Source: Acidobacteriota bacterium
Lineage (GTDB): Bacteria; Acidobacteriota; UBA6911; RPQK01; JAJDTT01
Direction: 5' to 3'
Assembly (NCBI GenBank): GCA_965209055.1
Contig: OZ242374.1
Span: 1,056,001-1,120,000, forward strand
Length of the DNA: 64,000 bases
The notes under the pieces are model-generated. The model did not search any database, was not told the DNA's origin, and saw only the letters and a program-made list of their open reading frames with translations. Each line of letters opens with the position of its first letter. The first letter of the stretch is position 1. This document shows, piece after piece, positions 55,905 through 64,000 of the stretch. A program made the position numbers and the translations under genes.

Positions 55905-58900
55905 ATGCGGAAAGCAGACAAGAGAACCATCGGAGTCCTGGCGGCGGTGGCCGTGGCCGCAATTCTGGCGGGACTGGTCCCCTACACCAGGAAGCCCGTC
56001 GAACGGCAAGAGGCGTCGCTGACGGGAAAGGCCATGGCGACCCGTGCCGTCATGGCCCGGATCGAAGCGGAAAGCCGTGGAATCGTCCGGGAACCCGGGA
56101 TTCAGGCCGCTCCCCGCATGGCCGAAGCACCGGCCGCCGCCGAAAGGCCGGCGGAGGACACGGTTCCCTCGCCGCCCGAAGGCTACTCCTTCGTCTCCTA
56201 CCACGGGAACATGCCCCGGGCCCGGATCACAGCCGGCGCCGAAACCGGGGACGAGCGGTCCGGTCCCGTTCCGGACTGGCTGAACACGGCCGCTTCCATC
56301 GAAACCATCGTCGACCAGGCGACCGCCGCCGGACGCGACTGGTCCTTCGGCTGGGTCCGGGCGGCCCGGGACGCCCAACCGAACGGCGTAGCGGCGTCCC
56401 TGGGCGAGTTCGGCGCGACGGCCCTGGGCTCATCGGGCAACCTTGTCCGCGCCGAATTGCCTGCTGATCCGGCGCTGCTGCACGAGATCGCGGCGTTGCC
56501 GGAAGTCGACGGCCTGGGAGCCGTCCCTCCGGAGCGGAAACTTCCGGAGGCGTTCGCCCGCGAATTGGCGGAACTGTCCCCTTTTGATCAGGCGCCCGTC
56601 TTCATCACCCTGATGGCGGACGATCCCGACGGCCGGTGGCGGCGGGAACTCGAGGGCCTGGGCGCGGTGGTGGGCCGTTTCGATCCGGACCTGCGAGCCT
56701 ACGCGGCCAACGTGTCCTACGGCCAGGTGGAGGCCATCGCGGCCGCGGACTACGTGCTGGCCGTCGAGCCGGTCGGCATCGTCCGGCCCGCCCACGACAC
56801 CTCGGTTCCCGCCATGGGAGCGGACGCCCTGCGAACCTACGACGGTATCCCGGGGATTTTCTCGGGCATGGGCGGCGCTTCCGTCCCCATCGCCGTCATG
56901 GACACGGGGCTCAACATCAACCACCTGGACATCGCGTCGAACCGCGAGAGCATCTGCGGCGCCAACTTCTCCTGGCTCTCCTTCATTTCCCCTCCCGCCG
57001 AAGAGGCCGCGGATCTGTGGGTCGATGCAGGGCTGCACGGGACCCACGTCACCGGGACCATGATCGGCAACGGGACCGTCCAGCCCCGCTTCGCCGGCAT
57101 GGCGCCCTCGGTGAGGCACATTCGGTTCGCCAGAGTGCTCGGCAGCCTTGGCTTCGGTACGGCGGACTCGATCATTCGCGGGATGGACTTCCTGTCCGAA
57201 GCCACGGAGTGTGCCGGGCCGGGCGAGGCGCCCGAGCCTCTCAAGCCCCTCATCGTCAACATGAGCCTGGGCGGTTCCTCCAGGCGTTTCGGGGGCAGAG
57301 GCTTCAGCGAACGCAAGCTGGACTCCGTCGTCTGGGGACATCGCCAACTGTACGTCGTCGCCCAGTCCAACGAGAGCATTGACGGCTTCTCCAATTTCGG
57401 AGCCGCCAAGAGCTCCCTCGCCGTGGGCGCCGCGCTGGACAGTGGCGACATCGCGTTCTTCAGCAGCCACGGGCCCACGGCGGACGGCCGCCTGGCGCCA
57501 CAGGTGGTCGCTACCGGCGTCCGCGTGCATTCGGCCCTCGGCGGCGGGAGCCGCGGCGAGTATCGGGCCATCAGCGGAACCAGCATGTCCTCCCCCACGG
57601 TGGCGGGGGTGGCCGCCCTCTTGATGGATGCGGCCCCGGAGCACCGGGAGCATCCCGCGTTGGCCCGGGCCCGGCTCATGGCCGGGGCCATCCGGCCGGA
57701 CGCCTGGTTGGACGCTCCGGACGCCTTCCCCACCACCAATACCGGCGGACCGGGGCCGATGCAGGCCCAGTACGGCCTGGGCAAGGTTTCGGCCCGCACC
57801 AGCGCCCTCAGCCGGGACGGATCCGGCGGCTGGATCGGCGGCGGCGCGATTTCGGAATTGCAGGAGGGGGAGTACGCCCACCACGACATCGAGGTGCCGG
57901 AGGGAACCAGCCGCCTCGACCTGGTGATGACCTGGGACGAGCCGCCGGCGGACGCGATCGCCAGCACGGTGTTGAACGACCTGGACCTGTGGCTGGACCG
58001 GGACGGCGATTGCGAAGAGGCCGCGTGCGGGGAGCAGTCTTCCGCGTCCCGCGTGGACAACGTGGAGTGGATCGTCCTCAGGAATCCACAGCCCGGGACG
58101 TATCGGGCGAAGGTGGTGGCGCGGAGAGTCTACACGGCGCCTCCCCGGGCGGCGCTGGCCTGGACGGTGATCCGGGGCAAGTCCACACCGAAACTGGTGG
58201 TCGCAACCGACCGGACCCTCCTGGCGGGGAACGAGGAGCAGGAGTTGACCGTGACGGTGACCGCGGACGAGTACGTGGCGGCCGGGACGCGGCTGCACCT
58301 GGATTGCCGGGATATCGGCGAGTCCTCGGGATGCGGACAGATCCGGATCCACTCCATGGCCGTGTCTCGTGAGGACGGCATCTGGGTCGACCTGTCGGAC
58401 GAACTCGAATCCGCGGTCCAAAGACCGCAACCGGGCGAATTGGCGCTTCCACGTCCTCCCGTTTCGGCGATCCTGCCGGGTTCTCCGATCCCTCTGGGCT
58501 CGTCGATCCCGCTCGGTGAGGTCGCCGCCGGCGAGAGCCAGGAAGTCCGGTTCACGGTTTCGTCCGCCGGAAACGGGGAGCCGGCCCGCCTCTATTTCAG
58601 GGCGAGCGCCTGGAACGCCAGGGGAGCGTCCGCACCGGTGGACGTCGCACCCGGCGGAGCCGCCGGTTCCCGGAAGGTCCGGCGCCCCGCCAACGACGAC
58701 TTCGCCGCGGCCGCCGTCATTGAAAAAGGACGGGGTCTCCGAACCGTGGACCTGTTGCTGGCCACACCGGAACCGGGAGAACCGTTGTTCGGCGCCCTTG
58801 AGGGCCGGCCCGCGGGTTCGGTCTGGTACCGGTGGACGGCGCCGGCAGACGGTGCGGTCCGCTTCAACATCAACCCGCCGGGCGGGACCGGGGTTCAGCG

Positions 58901-61730
58901 CAACGATCGCGTTGACGTTTTCCGCGGCGACGCCATCTCGGGTCTGGAACTGGTCGCCTCGGATCAGTGGGGTGCGCTCTTCTTTGCCGACCAGGGAGAA
59001 ACCTATCGGGTCCGCGTGAGCCACATGCGGCGGGGAACCGTCGTCGACCTCCGTTGGTCTCAGGGGAACCGCCCGGCCAACGACGACTTCGACCGGGCCG
59101 CCATGCTGGAGGGTGCCGACGGCGCCGTTTCCGGCAACAGCCAGGGAGCCACCCTGGAGCCGGGCGAGTGGTTCGGCCTCGACGCGGGCACCACCTGGTA
59201 TCGCTGGACCGCACCCGGCGACGGCTGGTGGGGCTTCTCGAGCGGCCCGTCGAAGCGCGTGTTCGTATTCGAGGGGGACGGCATTGCGGCCCTTCGGCTG
59301 GTCTCCCATCTGCCCCGTTCGCAGGCTTCGTTCCCCGCGGCCGCCGGCAAGGAATACCGCATCGCGGTCGCCGCACCCGGCGCCGATGCGCCCAGTGGTC
59401 CCTACGAGTTGAGATGGGAAGGACTGGTGCGGGCAGCCGTCCTCGACAACGATCAATGGATCGGCGCGATCCCCCTGGAGAGTGTCCCCTCGTCCCAGTT
59501 CCTGATGGGCATCGACCCCCTGTCGACGGTGGACCCGGGCGAGCCCGTCGAGACCGGGGTGCGGACCCGGTGGTGGGTCTGGGAAGCCCCGGAGGACGGC
59601 CGCTACACCTGGAGGCTCCAGGATTTCCTCACCTATTCGACTTTGCGGGTGACCGTGTTCACCGGCTCATCCATGGAAGATTTGGAGCTGGTGGCGCAGA
59701 ACCGTCCCCACGCGGCTCCTTCCGATTTCGTGTTTCAGGCCGCGGCGGGGCAGCGGTATTGGATCGCGGCCGGATTTTCGGCGCGAAGCCTGGAAGCCTA
59801 CCTGCTGGGCGGCGCGTTCGTCCCGGTGATCTGGGGGGCCACTCCGGGCAACGACAACCTGGCCGGCTCGGCGCCGTTGGAGGGTGCGTCGGGATCCGTC
59901 GCCGAATCGAATCTCTTTGCCACCACCGACCGGGGAGAACGGAGTGCGCTCCTGGGCCACTCCTCCCTCTGGTGGACTTATGAAGCTCCCGCCGCGGGTT
60001 GGTATCGCTTCTGGCTGGACGATCCCTACAGTCCCAATGTGCTCGCGGTGTACCGGGACCGCGAGGACGGCTCCGGCTCCATCGAGTTCGTCAGGAGCAG
60101 CCACCAGCCCGAGGGAGTCGAGTCCGACGCCGTGGAGGTCGTCTTCCGTGGCGAGGCGGGAAGCCGCTACACGATCCGGTTGGGAGCCCGCGGCGCCTCC
60201 ATGGGCGGCGACTTCACCCTGAACTGGGAGGAGACCGATCCGCCGATCTGGCTCAGGTACGCCGGACGGCCGGCCGACGGCGGCCGGGACGACAACGGCG
60301 CCCCGGTGCGGCTCCGGGGCCCCGCCAGCCTGGCCCTCAACCACCGGGGCACGGCTCTGTATGCGGCGTCTAAGCTGGGGCTGCAAGTCTTCGAACGCGA
60401 CTCCGGGACCGGCAGTCTGACTTCCGTCCAGCTATTGGAAGCCGACGGGTTGGAAGGCAGTTCACTGGTCTGGGACCCGCATCGGGACCGGCTCTACGCC
60501 CATCGCTGCGGGACCTGGCGCAGTTTCGCGCCTCTCGATGAGACCCAAAGGGAATTCGAGGACGAGGGGACGATTCCGGTCACCGGGGATCCGCCCGACA
60601 CCGGCGAGTGCGGCGCCGGCGTGTTCGGCGACGTCTTCATGGACGCCGGAGGCTCGTTCCTGAACGCGATTCTTCCCGGCTCCGGCCAGTTGCAGGTCCT
60701 GGCGCTGGATACCCCGGGCGAACTGCCGCATGTCCAGACCGTGGAGGTCCGCGGACTCAGGCGTGCCTTGATCTCCAATGCCGGAAGCCACGTCTATGCG
60801 GGGACGGGCCACTCCTTGCACGTCTTCGAACGCGACGCCGAAACGGGGATGCTCACGGACGTCACCAGGGACAGGATTCCGCTCCCGCGCCTGGAAGCGC
60901 TGGCCATCACCGGCGACGACCGGCACCTGTTCGTCTTTCACGGCGGCGGCCAGAGCGCGACGGTCTTCGACCTGGAAGCGGATCCCACCGATCCGAGTCC
61001 GTTGGGAACGCTCGGATCGACTTTGGGCGGGCGTGGAATGGCCGGCGGCTTCGACCAGCTCCCAGGGTTTCTCCCCTTCCGGCCGGGCAGCCGGTGCGGG
61101 CTCGCCGGCGTCCGTCATGGGATCCCTGCGGTGGACGTGTTCTGTACGGATCTCGCTTACGATGTCGAGTGGCGGCCGGGAGCCGATGACGCCGGGATCG
61201 TCGACGAGGTGCTTGATGAGGCCCTACCCGGTGAAGTCGTCCTGACCGACTATGTGTCGGTCCGGCAACCGGACCGTTTCAACAATCCGGTGCCCGAATT
61301 CGGCGAGACCCGGAGCCTCGCGGCCAGTCCCGACGGCAGGCACGCCTACGTCGACACGGCGGATGAAGGCATCGTGATCTTCGAGCGGGTTGGAGCCGGA
61401 GCCGGCAAAACCGGTTTGGAAGGCGGCGCCTACACGCGGCTGGAGATGCTCTCGGTGTCGGCCGGCAGAGTGACGTTCGGCCCCATTTCCACGGCAGGCT
61501 GCATCGGGTTGGAGGACGCCGTCGTCGAGGGCGCCCACTACTCCGTGGCCGGTTCGGGATGGCAGACTCGAGCGTCCTCGGAGGCCGACTGGGCCGACGT
61601 CGAAAGCACCCGGACCACCGGTCAGCTCTGTGCCGGCACGCCGCCGGCGGGAGGAGAACACCGGCTGGTGGTTGAGATCCGGATCGACGGAGAATTGGGC
61701 AGGTATGCCAGCAACGCCATTGGGGAGTAG
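55905..61730 (+). CDS. Very large S8 (subtilisin-like) serine peptidase with repeated beta-sandwich modules and a C-terminal beta-propeller-like region
   Basis: Triad MDTG / HGTHVTG / SGTSMSSPTVAG; about four PANDDF...GE...WYRWTAP modules; repeated VFERD...G.LT and ASPDGRHAY motifs; N-terminal TM/signal. Confidence 0.9.
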   Translation: MRKADKRTIGVLAAVAVAAILAGLVPYTRKPVERQEASLTGKAMATRAVMARIEAESRGIVREPGIQAAPRMAEAPAAAERPAEDTVPSPPEGYSFVSYHGNMPRARITAGAETGDERSGPVPDWLNTAASIETIVDQATAAGRDWSFGWVRAARDAQPNGVAASLGEFGATALGSSGNLVRAELPADPALLHEIAALPEVDGLGAVPPERKLPEAFARELAELSPFDQAPVFITLMADDPDGRWRRELEGLGAVVGRFDPDLRAYAANVSYGQVEAIAAADYVLAVEPVGIVRPAHDTSVPAMGADALRTYDGIPGIFSGMGGASVPIAVMDTGLNINHLDIASNRESICGANFSWLSFISPPAEEAADLWVDAGLHGTHVTGTMIGNGTVQPRFAGMAPSVRHIRFARVLGSLGFGTADSIIRGMDFLSEATECAGPGEAPEPLKPLIVNMSLGGSSRRFGGRGFSERKLDSVVWGHRQLYVVAQSNESIDGFSNFGAAKSSLAVGAALDSGDIAFFSSHGPTADGRLAPQVVATGVRVHSALGGGSRGEYRAISGTSMSSPTVAGVAALLMDAAPEHREHPALARARLMAGAIRPDAWLDAPDAFPTTNTGGPGPMQAQYGLGKVSARTSALSRDGSGGWIGGGAISELQEGEYAHHDIEVPEGTSRLDLVMTWDEPPADAIASTVLNDLDLWLDRDGDCEEAACGEQSSASRVDNVEWIVLRNPQPGTYRAKVVARRVYTAPPRAALAWTVIRGKSTPKLVVATDRTLLAGNEEQELTVTVTADEYVAAGTRLHLDCRDIGESSGCGQIRIHSMAVSREDGIWVDLSDELESAVQRPQPGELALPRPPVSAILPGSPIPLGSSIPLGEVAAGESQEVRFTVSSAGNGEPARLYFRASAWNARGASAPVDVAPGGAAGSRKVRRPANDDFAAAAVIEKGRGLRTVDLLLATPEPGEPLFGALEGRPAGSVWYRWTAPADGAVRFNINPPGGTGVQRNDRVDVFRGDAISGLELVASDQWGALFFADQGETYRVRVSHMRRGTVVDLRWSQGNRPANDDFDRAAMLEGADGAVSGNSQGATLEPGEWFGLDAGTTWYRWTAPGDGWWGFSSGPSKRVFVFEGDGIAALRLVSHLPRSQASFPAAAGKEYRIAVAAPGADAPSGPYELRWEGLVRAAVLDNDQWIGAIPLESVPSSQFLMGIDPLSTVDPGEPVETGVRTRWWVWEAPEDGRYTWRLQDFLTYSTLRVTVFTGSSMEDLELVAQNRPHAAPSDFVFQAAAGQRYWIAAGFSARSLEAYLLGGAFVPVIWGATPGNDNLAGSAPLEGASGSVAESNLFATTDRGERSALLGHSSLWWTYEAPAAGWYRFWLDDPYSPNVLAVYRDREDGSGSIEFVRSSHQPEGVESDAVEVVFRGEAGSRYTIRLGARGASMGGDFTLNWEETDPPIWLRYAGRPADGGRDDNGAPVRLRGPASLALNHRGTALYAASKLGLQVFERDSGTGSLTSVQLLEADGLEGSSLVWDPHRDRLYAHRCGTWRSFAPLDETQREFEDEGTIPVTGDPPDTGECGAGVFGDVFMDAGGSFLNAILPGSGQLQVLALDTPGELPHVQTVEVRGLRRALISNAGSHVYAGTGHSLHVFERDAETGMLTDVTRDRIPLPRLEALAITGDDRHLFVFHGGGQSATVFDLEADPTDPSPLGTLGSTLGGRGMAGGFDQLPGFLPFRPGSRCGLAGVRHGIPAVDVFCTDLAYDVEWRPGADDAGIVDEVLDEALPGEVVLTDYVSVRQPDRFNNPVPEFGETRSLAASPDGRHAYVDTADEGIVIFERVGAGAGKTGLEGGAYTRLEMLSVSAGRVTFGPISTAGCIGLEDAVVEGAHYSVAGSGWQTRASSEADWADVESTRTTGQLCAGTPPAGGEHRLVVEIRIDGELGRYASNAIGE

Positions 61731-61885
61731 GAAGGGAGGCCGCCGCTCCCCACCATCTTGACATTCCGAGAGGGCCCAAATTAGAATCCGGTTCCGGAGT
61801 CTTGGTTGGCGCCGGATGGCTGATGAGGCGCCCCGGGACGTAAATCCGCGGTCGGACACATCTTCATCGCTCAAAGCAGACGACA

Positions 61886-62764
61886 TTGTTCAAAGCCGGC
61901 GACACTTACACGCTGATCATCGCGCGTTCCGGGAGGGAAGGCGCCAGGAAGTATTCCGCCTCCGTGGCCCTGACCACCGTGATCGGTCTGCTCGGCGGCG
62001 TCCTGATTCTCTCCTTCATGTTCTCCATGCTCCACTACTGGTGGATGGCGGAACGGACCGTCCACGTGTTCGAGCTCGAGTCGGAGGTCGCCCGCATGCG
62101 GCAGGAAAATGCGGGTCTGAGAGCCGTCTCCGGCAAGTTGACCGACAAGATCTCCTCGCTGGAGGTGACCGCCACCCGGCTCAAGTTTCTCTCCGAGACC
62201 GATGACGACGGCCTGGGCGGCGCCGGTGGTCCCACGAAAGTGGCCCGCCCACTCCTGACCCTGGATCATGGAGACCTCTTGAAGCGTTTCCGGACCCTGG
62301 ACGGGCGGCGGATGACTCTGGAGAGCGAGTTGCGCCGGCTTCAGGACTACTACACGACTCGCAGCATCCTTCAGTCCGCCCTGCCCACCCTGATGCCGGT
62401 GCGGGGGTATCCGTCGGGCGCATACGGCTACCGGAACGACCCCTTCACCGGAAAAAGGGAATTCCATCCCGGAGTCGACATTTCGGCTCCCCGCGGCGCC
62501 AAGGTCGTGGCCACCAGCGACGGCGAGGTGACCCAAGCCGGCTGGCACCACGGGTACGGCCGGTTGGTCACGCTCCGCCACCGTTTCGGCATCGTGACTC
62601 GCTATGGCCATCTGGCCGAGACCAATGTCAAGGTCGGGCAGAAGGTCCAGCGGGGCGACATCGTCGGATACGTCGGTTCCACGGGCCGCACCACCGGCGT
62701 GCATCTCCACTACGAAATCCAGTTGGGCGGCCGCCCGCTGAATCCTGTCCGGTTTTTTCGGTAG
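61886..62764 (+). CDS. M23 family metallopeptidase with N-terminal TM and coiled coil
   Basis: FHPGVDISAPRG, GYGRLV, TRYGHL, VGSTGRTTGVHLHYEI. Confidence 0.93.
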   Translation: MFKAGDTYTLIIARSGREGARKYSASVALTTVIGLLGGVLILSFMFSMLHYWWMAERTVHVFELESEVARMRQENAGLRAVSGKLTDKISSLEVTATRLKFLSETDDDGLGGAGGPTKVARPLLTLDHGDLLKRFRTLDGRRMTLESELRRLQDYYTTRSILQSALPTLMPVRGYPSGAYGYRNDPFTGKREFHPGVDISAPRGAKVVATSDGEVTQAGWHHGYGRLVTLRHRFGIVTRYGHLAETNVKVGQKVQRGDIVGYVGSTGRTTGVHLHYEIQLGGRPLNPVRFFR

Positions 62765-62767
62765 TAG

Positions 62768-62800
62768 AAGGAGGGGCGATTTCCAATCCCAACCGTCCCT
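62768..62800 (+). repeat. Degenerate REP-like copy after the stop codon
   Basis: TAG-AAGGAGGGGCGATTTCCAATCCC. Confidence 0.5.
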
Positions 62801-63110
62801 CAGTCAATAACTACTAAACATTAACGTTTTCAATGGCTTACCGGGTTCTTCGCCGAATCGGTAAAGTGGTTGACTCCCTATGTTTGACGTGCTGAACAGG
62901 CAACAAACAGGCAGCCGCATCGGTTCCTGAACGCCGACAATCTCTTCTCTTTTCCCTTGTTCCCCAGGTTCCATCACATTATGCGTGCGCTGTGTCGATC
63001 TTTGGACAGCGATGCTCGGAAACGCTTGAACCCTGACAAATTCGTTTCCCATTAACAACGGCTTCCCGTCTTCACTCACCTTCATCACAAGGTGATCCTT
63101 GAAAAAATAT

Positions 63111-63671
63111 CTAATTGCCGGACTTCGATTCCAGTCGGCCAGCACCACCCTGGCTCCATTCTCCTCTTTGCGACGGAGGGATCTCGTAAATGCCACCCAT
63201 CTTTGAGCCCATGAAAAACGGGATGGAGACACCGACGGGAAGGGCAATCCCGAATAAAACCTGGGCACTCGGAGCAAAGTCGTCATTCAGGAAACCTGAG
63301 CAAAGCGCCAATCCCAGGCCCAGGGCAACCCATCCAGCCCATCGCTTGCCGAAGTCACGCTCGACCAGCACCTTGCGGATGTCCGGTCGCTGGAACGTCT
63401 GCGACGTCCCATCCGTGGACACGATCGTCATGGACCGGGAGGACGCCCCGTAGAACTGCCCCGTGTACTTGGCAGGGCCGGCACCAAGAGTGTTGTCCTC
63501 ATACAGTTCCACCCGCGTGTTCGCGTTGTCACGGATGTTCTCCAACTTCTCCCAATCCGGCATGTGCCGCGCGACACACCCCGGCAAGACCACTAGGAGC
63601 AGCAAGGGAACCAATCCCGCTGCCATCGTTTTCCGGAACCGCCTGTTGCGCATGCCTTTAAGGATTCTCAT
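63111..63671 (-). CDS. Hypothetical lipoprotein/membrane protein
   Basis: Lipobox VVLPGC; two C-terminal hydrophobic helices. Confidence 0.65.
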   Translation of the reverse strand: MRILKGMRNRRFRKTMAAGLVPLLLLVVLPGCVARHMPDWEKLENIRDNANTRVELYEDNTLGAGPAKYTGQFYGASSRSMTIVSTDGTSQTFQRPDIRKVLVERDFGKRWAGWVALGLGLALCSGFLNDDFAPSAQVLFGIALPVGVSIPFFMGSKMGGIYEIPPSQRGEWSQGGAGRLESKSGN

Positions 63672-63912
63672 GATGCCACCTCCCAGTCGTGATCAGACTC
63701 GCATCATGAAATGTGTATTTTTCTCCGCAATCGGCTCACTGGGTACGTTCAGATGGCGTGAATTTAGGGAAGGGCTGAACCAGCCTACGGTCCTCTAGCG
63801 GAGAGTCTGACCTCTTCCCTCGCCTTGGCGGGAGATGACTCCGGCTGAGTTTCCCGGGAAGAATGAAGAATGTTGCCATCTGGCCGTCGGCTGCCCGCGA
63901 GAAGCGATTTCC

Positions 63913-64000
63913 CTAGCCCCTGATGAGCGTCAAGATCACGGTTTCGTGGTACGCATAGGCGTGGAACATCACGCCCGCCAGTGAGCCACCGGCAACAATC
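63913..64000 (-). CDS. C-terminus of a possible membrane protein entering from outside the window
   Basis: ...IVAGGSLAGVMFHAYAYHETVILTLIRG*. Confidence 0.35.
   Translation of the reverse strand, partial: IVAGGSLAGVMFHAYAYHETVILTLIRG

Overview
GC-rich bacterial chromosome segment, probably Acidobacteriota (inferred from the acidobacterial-type VWA gene, fused LptF/G and PSD1/DUF1501 pairs). The backbone carries valS-nadC-birA-ftsY, dprA-topA, siroheme genes, lipA/lipB, a partial complex I operon (nuoA-I), LptF/G, two planctomycete-type cytochrome c (PSD1)/DUF1501 modules, and NlpC/P60, M20, M23 and a giant S8 peptidase. The most notable structure is non-coding: a family of REP/REPIN-like palindromes (GGAG-NGGCG(A/G)(C/T)-loop-(G/A)(T/C)CGCC) placed mostly at gene ends, into which two unrelated mobile elements have inserted. 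(i) A ~3.16 kb P4-type integrase element splits one composite repeat at a 10-bp core GGGGACGGCA (8605-8614 / 11764-11773); an unsplit copy of that core region lies at 38928-39083. (ii) A group IIC intron (39084-40928) is inserted 3 nt after a REP hairpin; its putative EBS1 (GAGC) is complementary to the conserved REP foot (GCTC), and it ends in a non-canonical ...CCCGCT. There is also a ~158-bp MITE family inserted at stop codons, two covarying long hairpins inside the integrase element, a decayed tyrosine recombinase and a heptad/hendecad tandem-repeat coiled-coil gene. All calls come from reading motifs by eye; no database searches were run.
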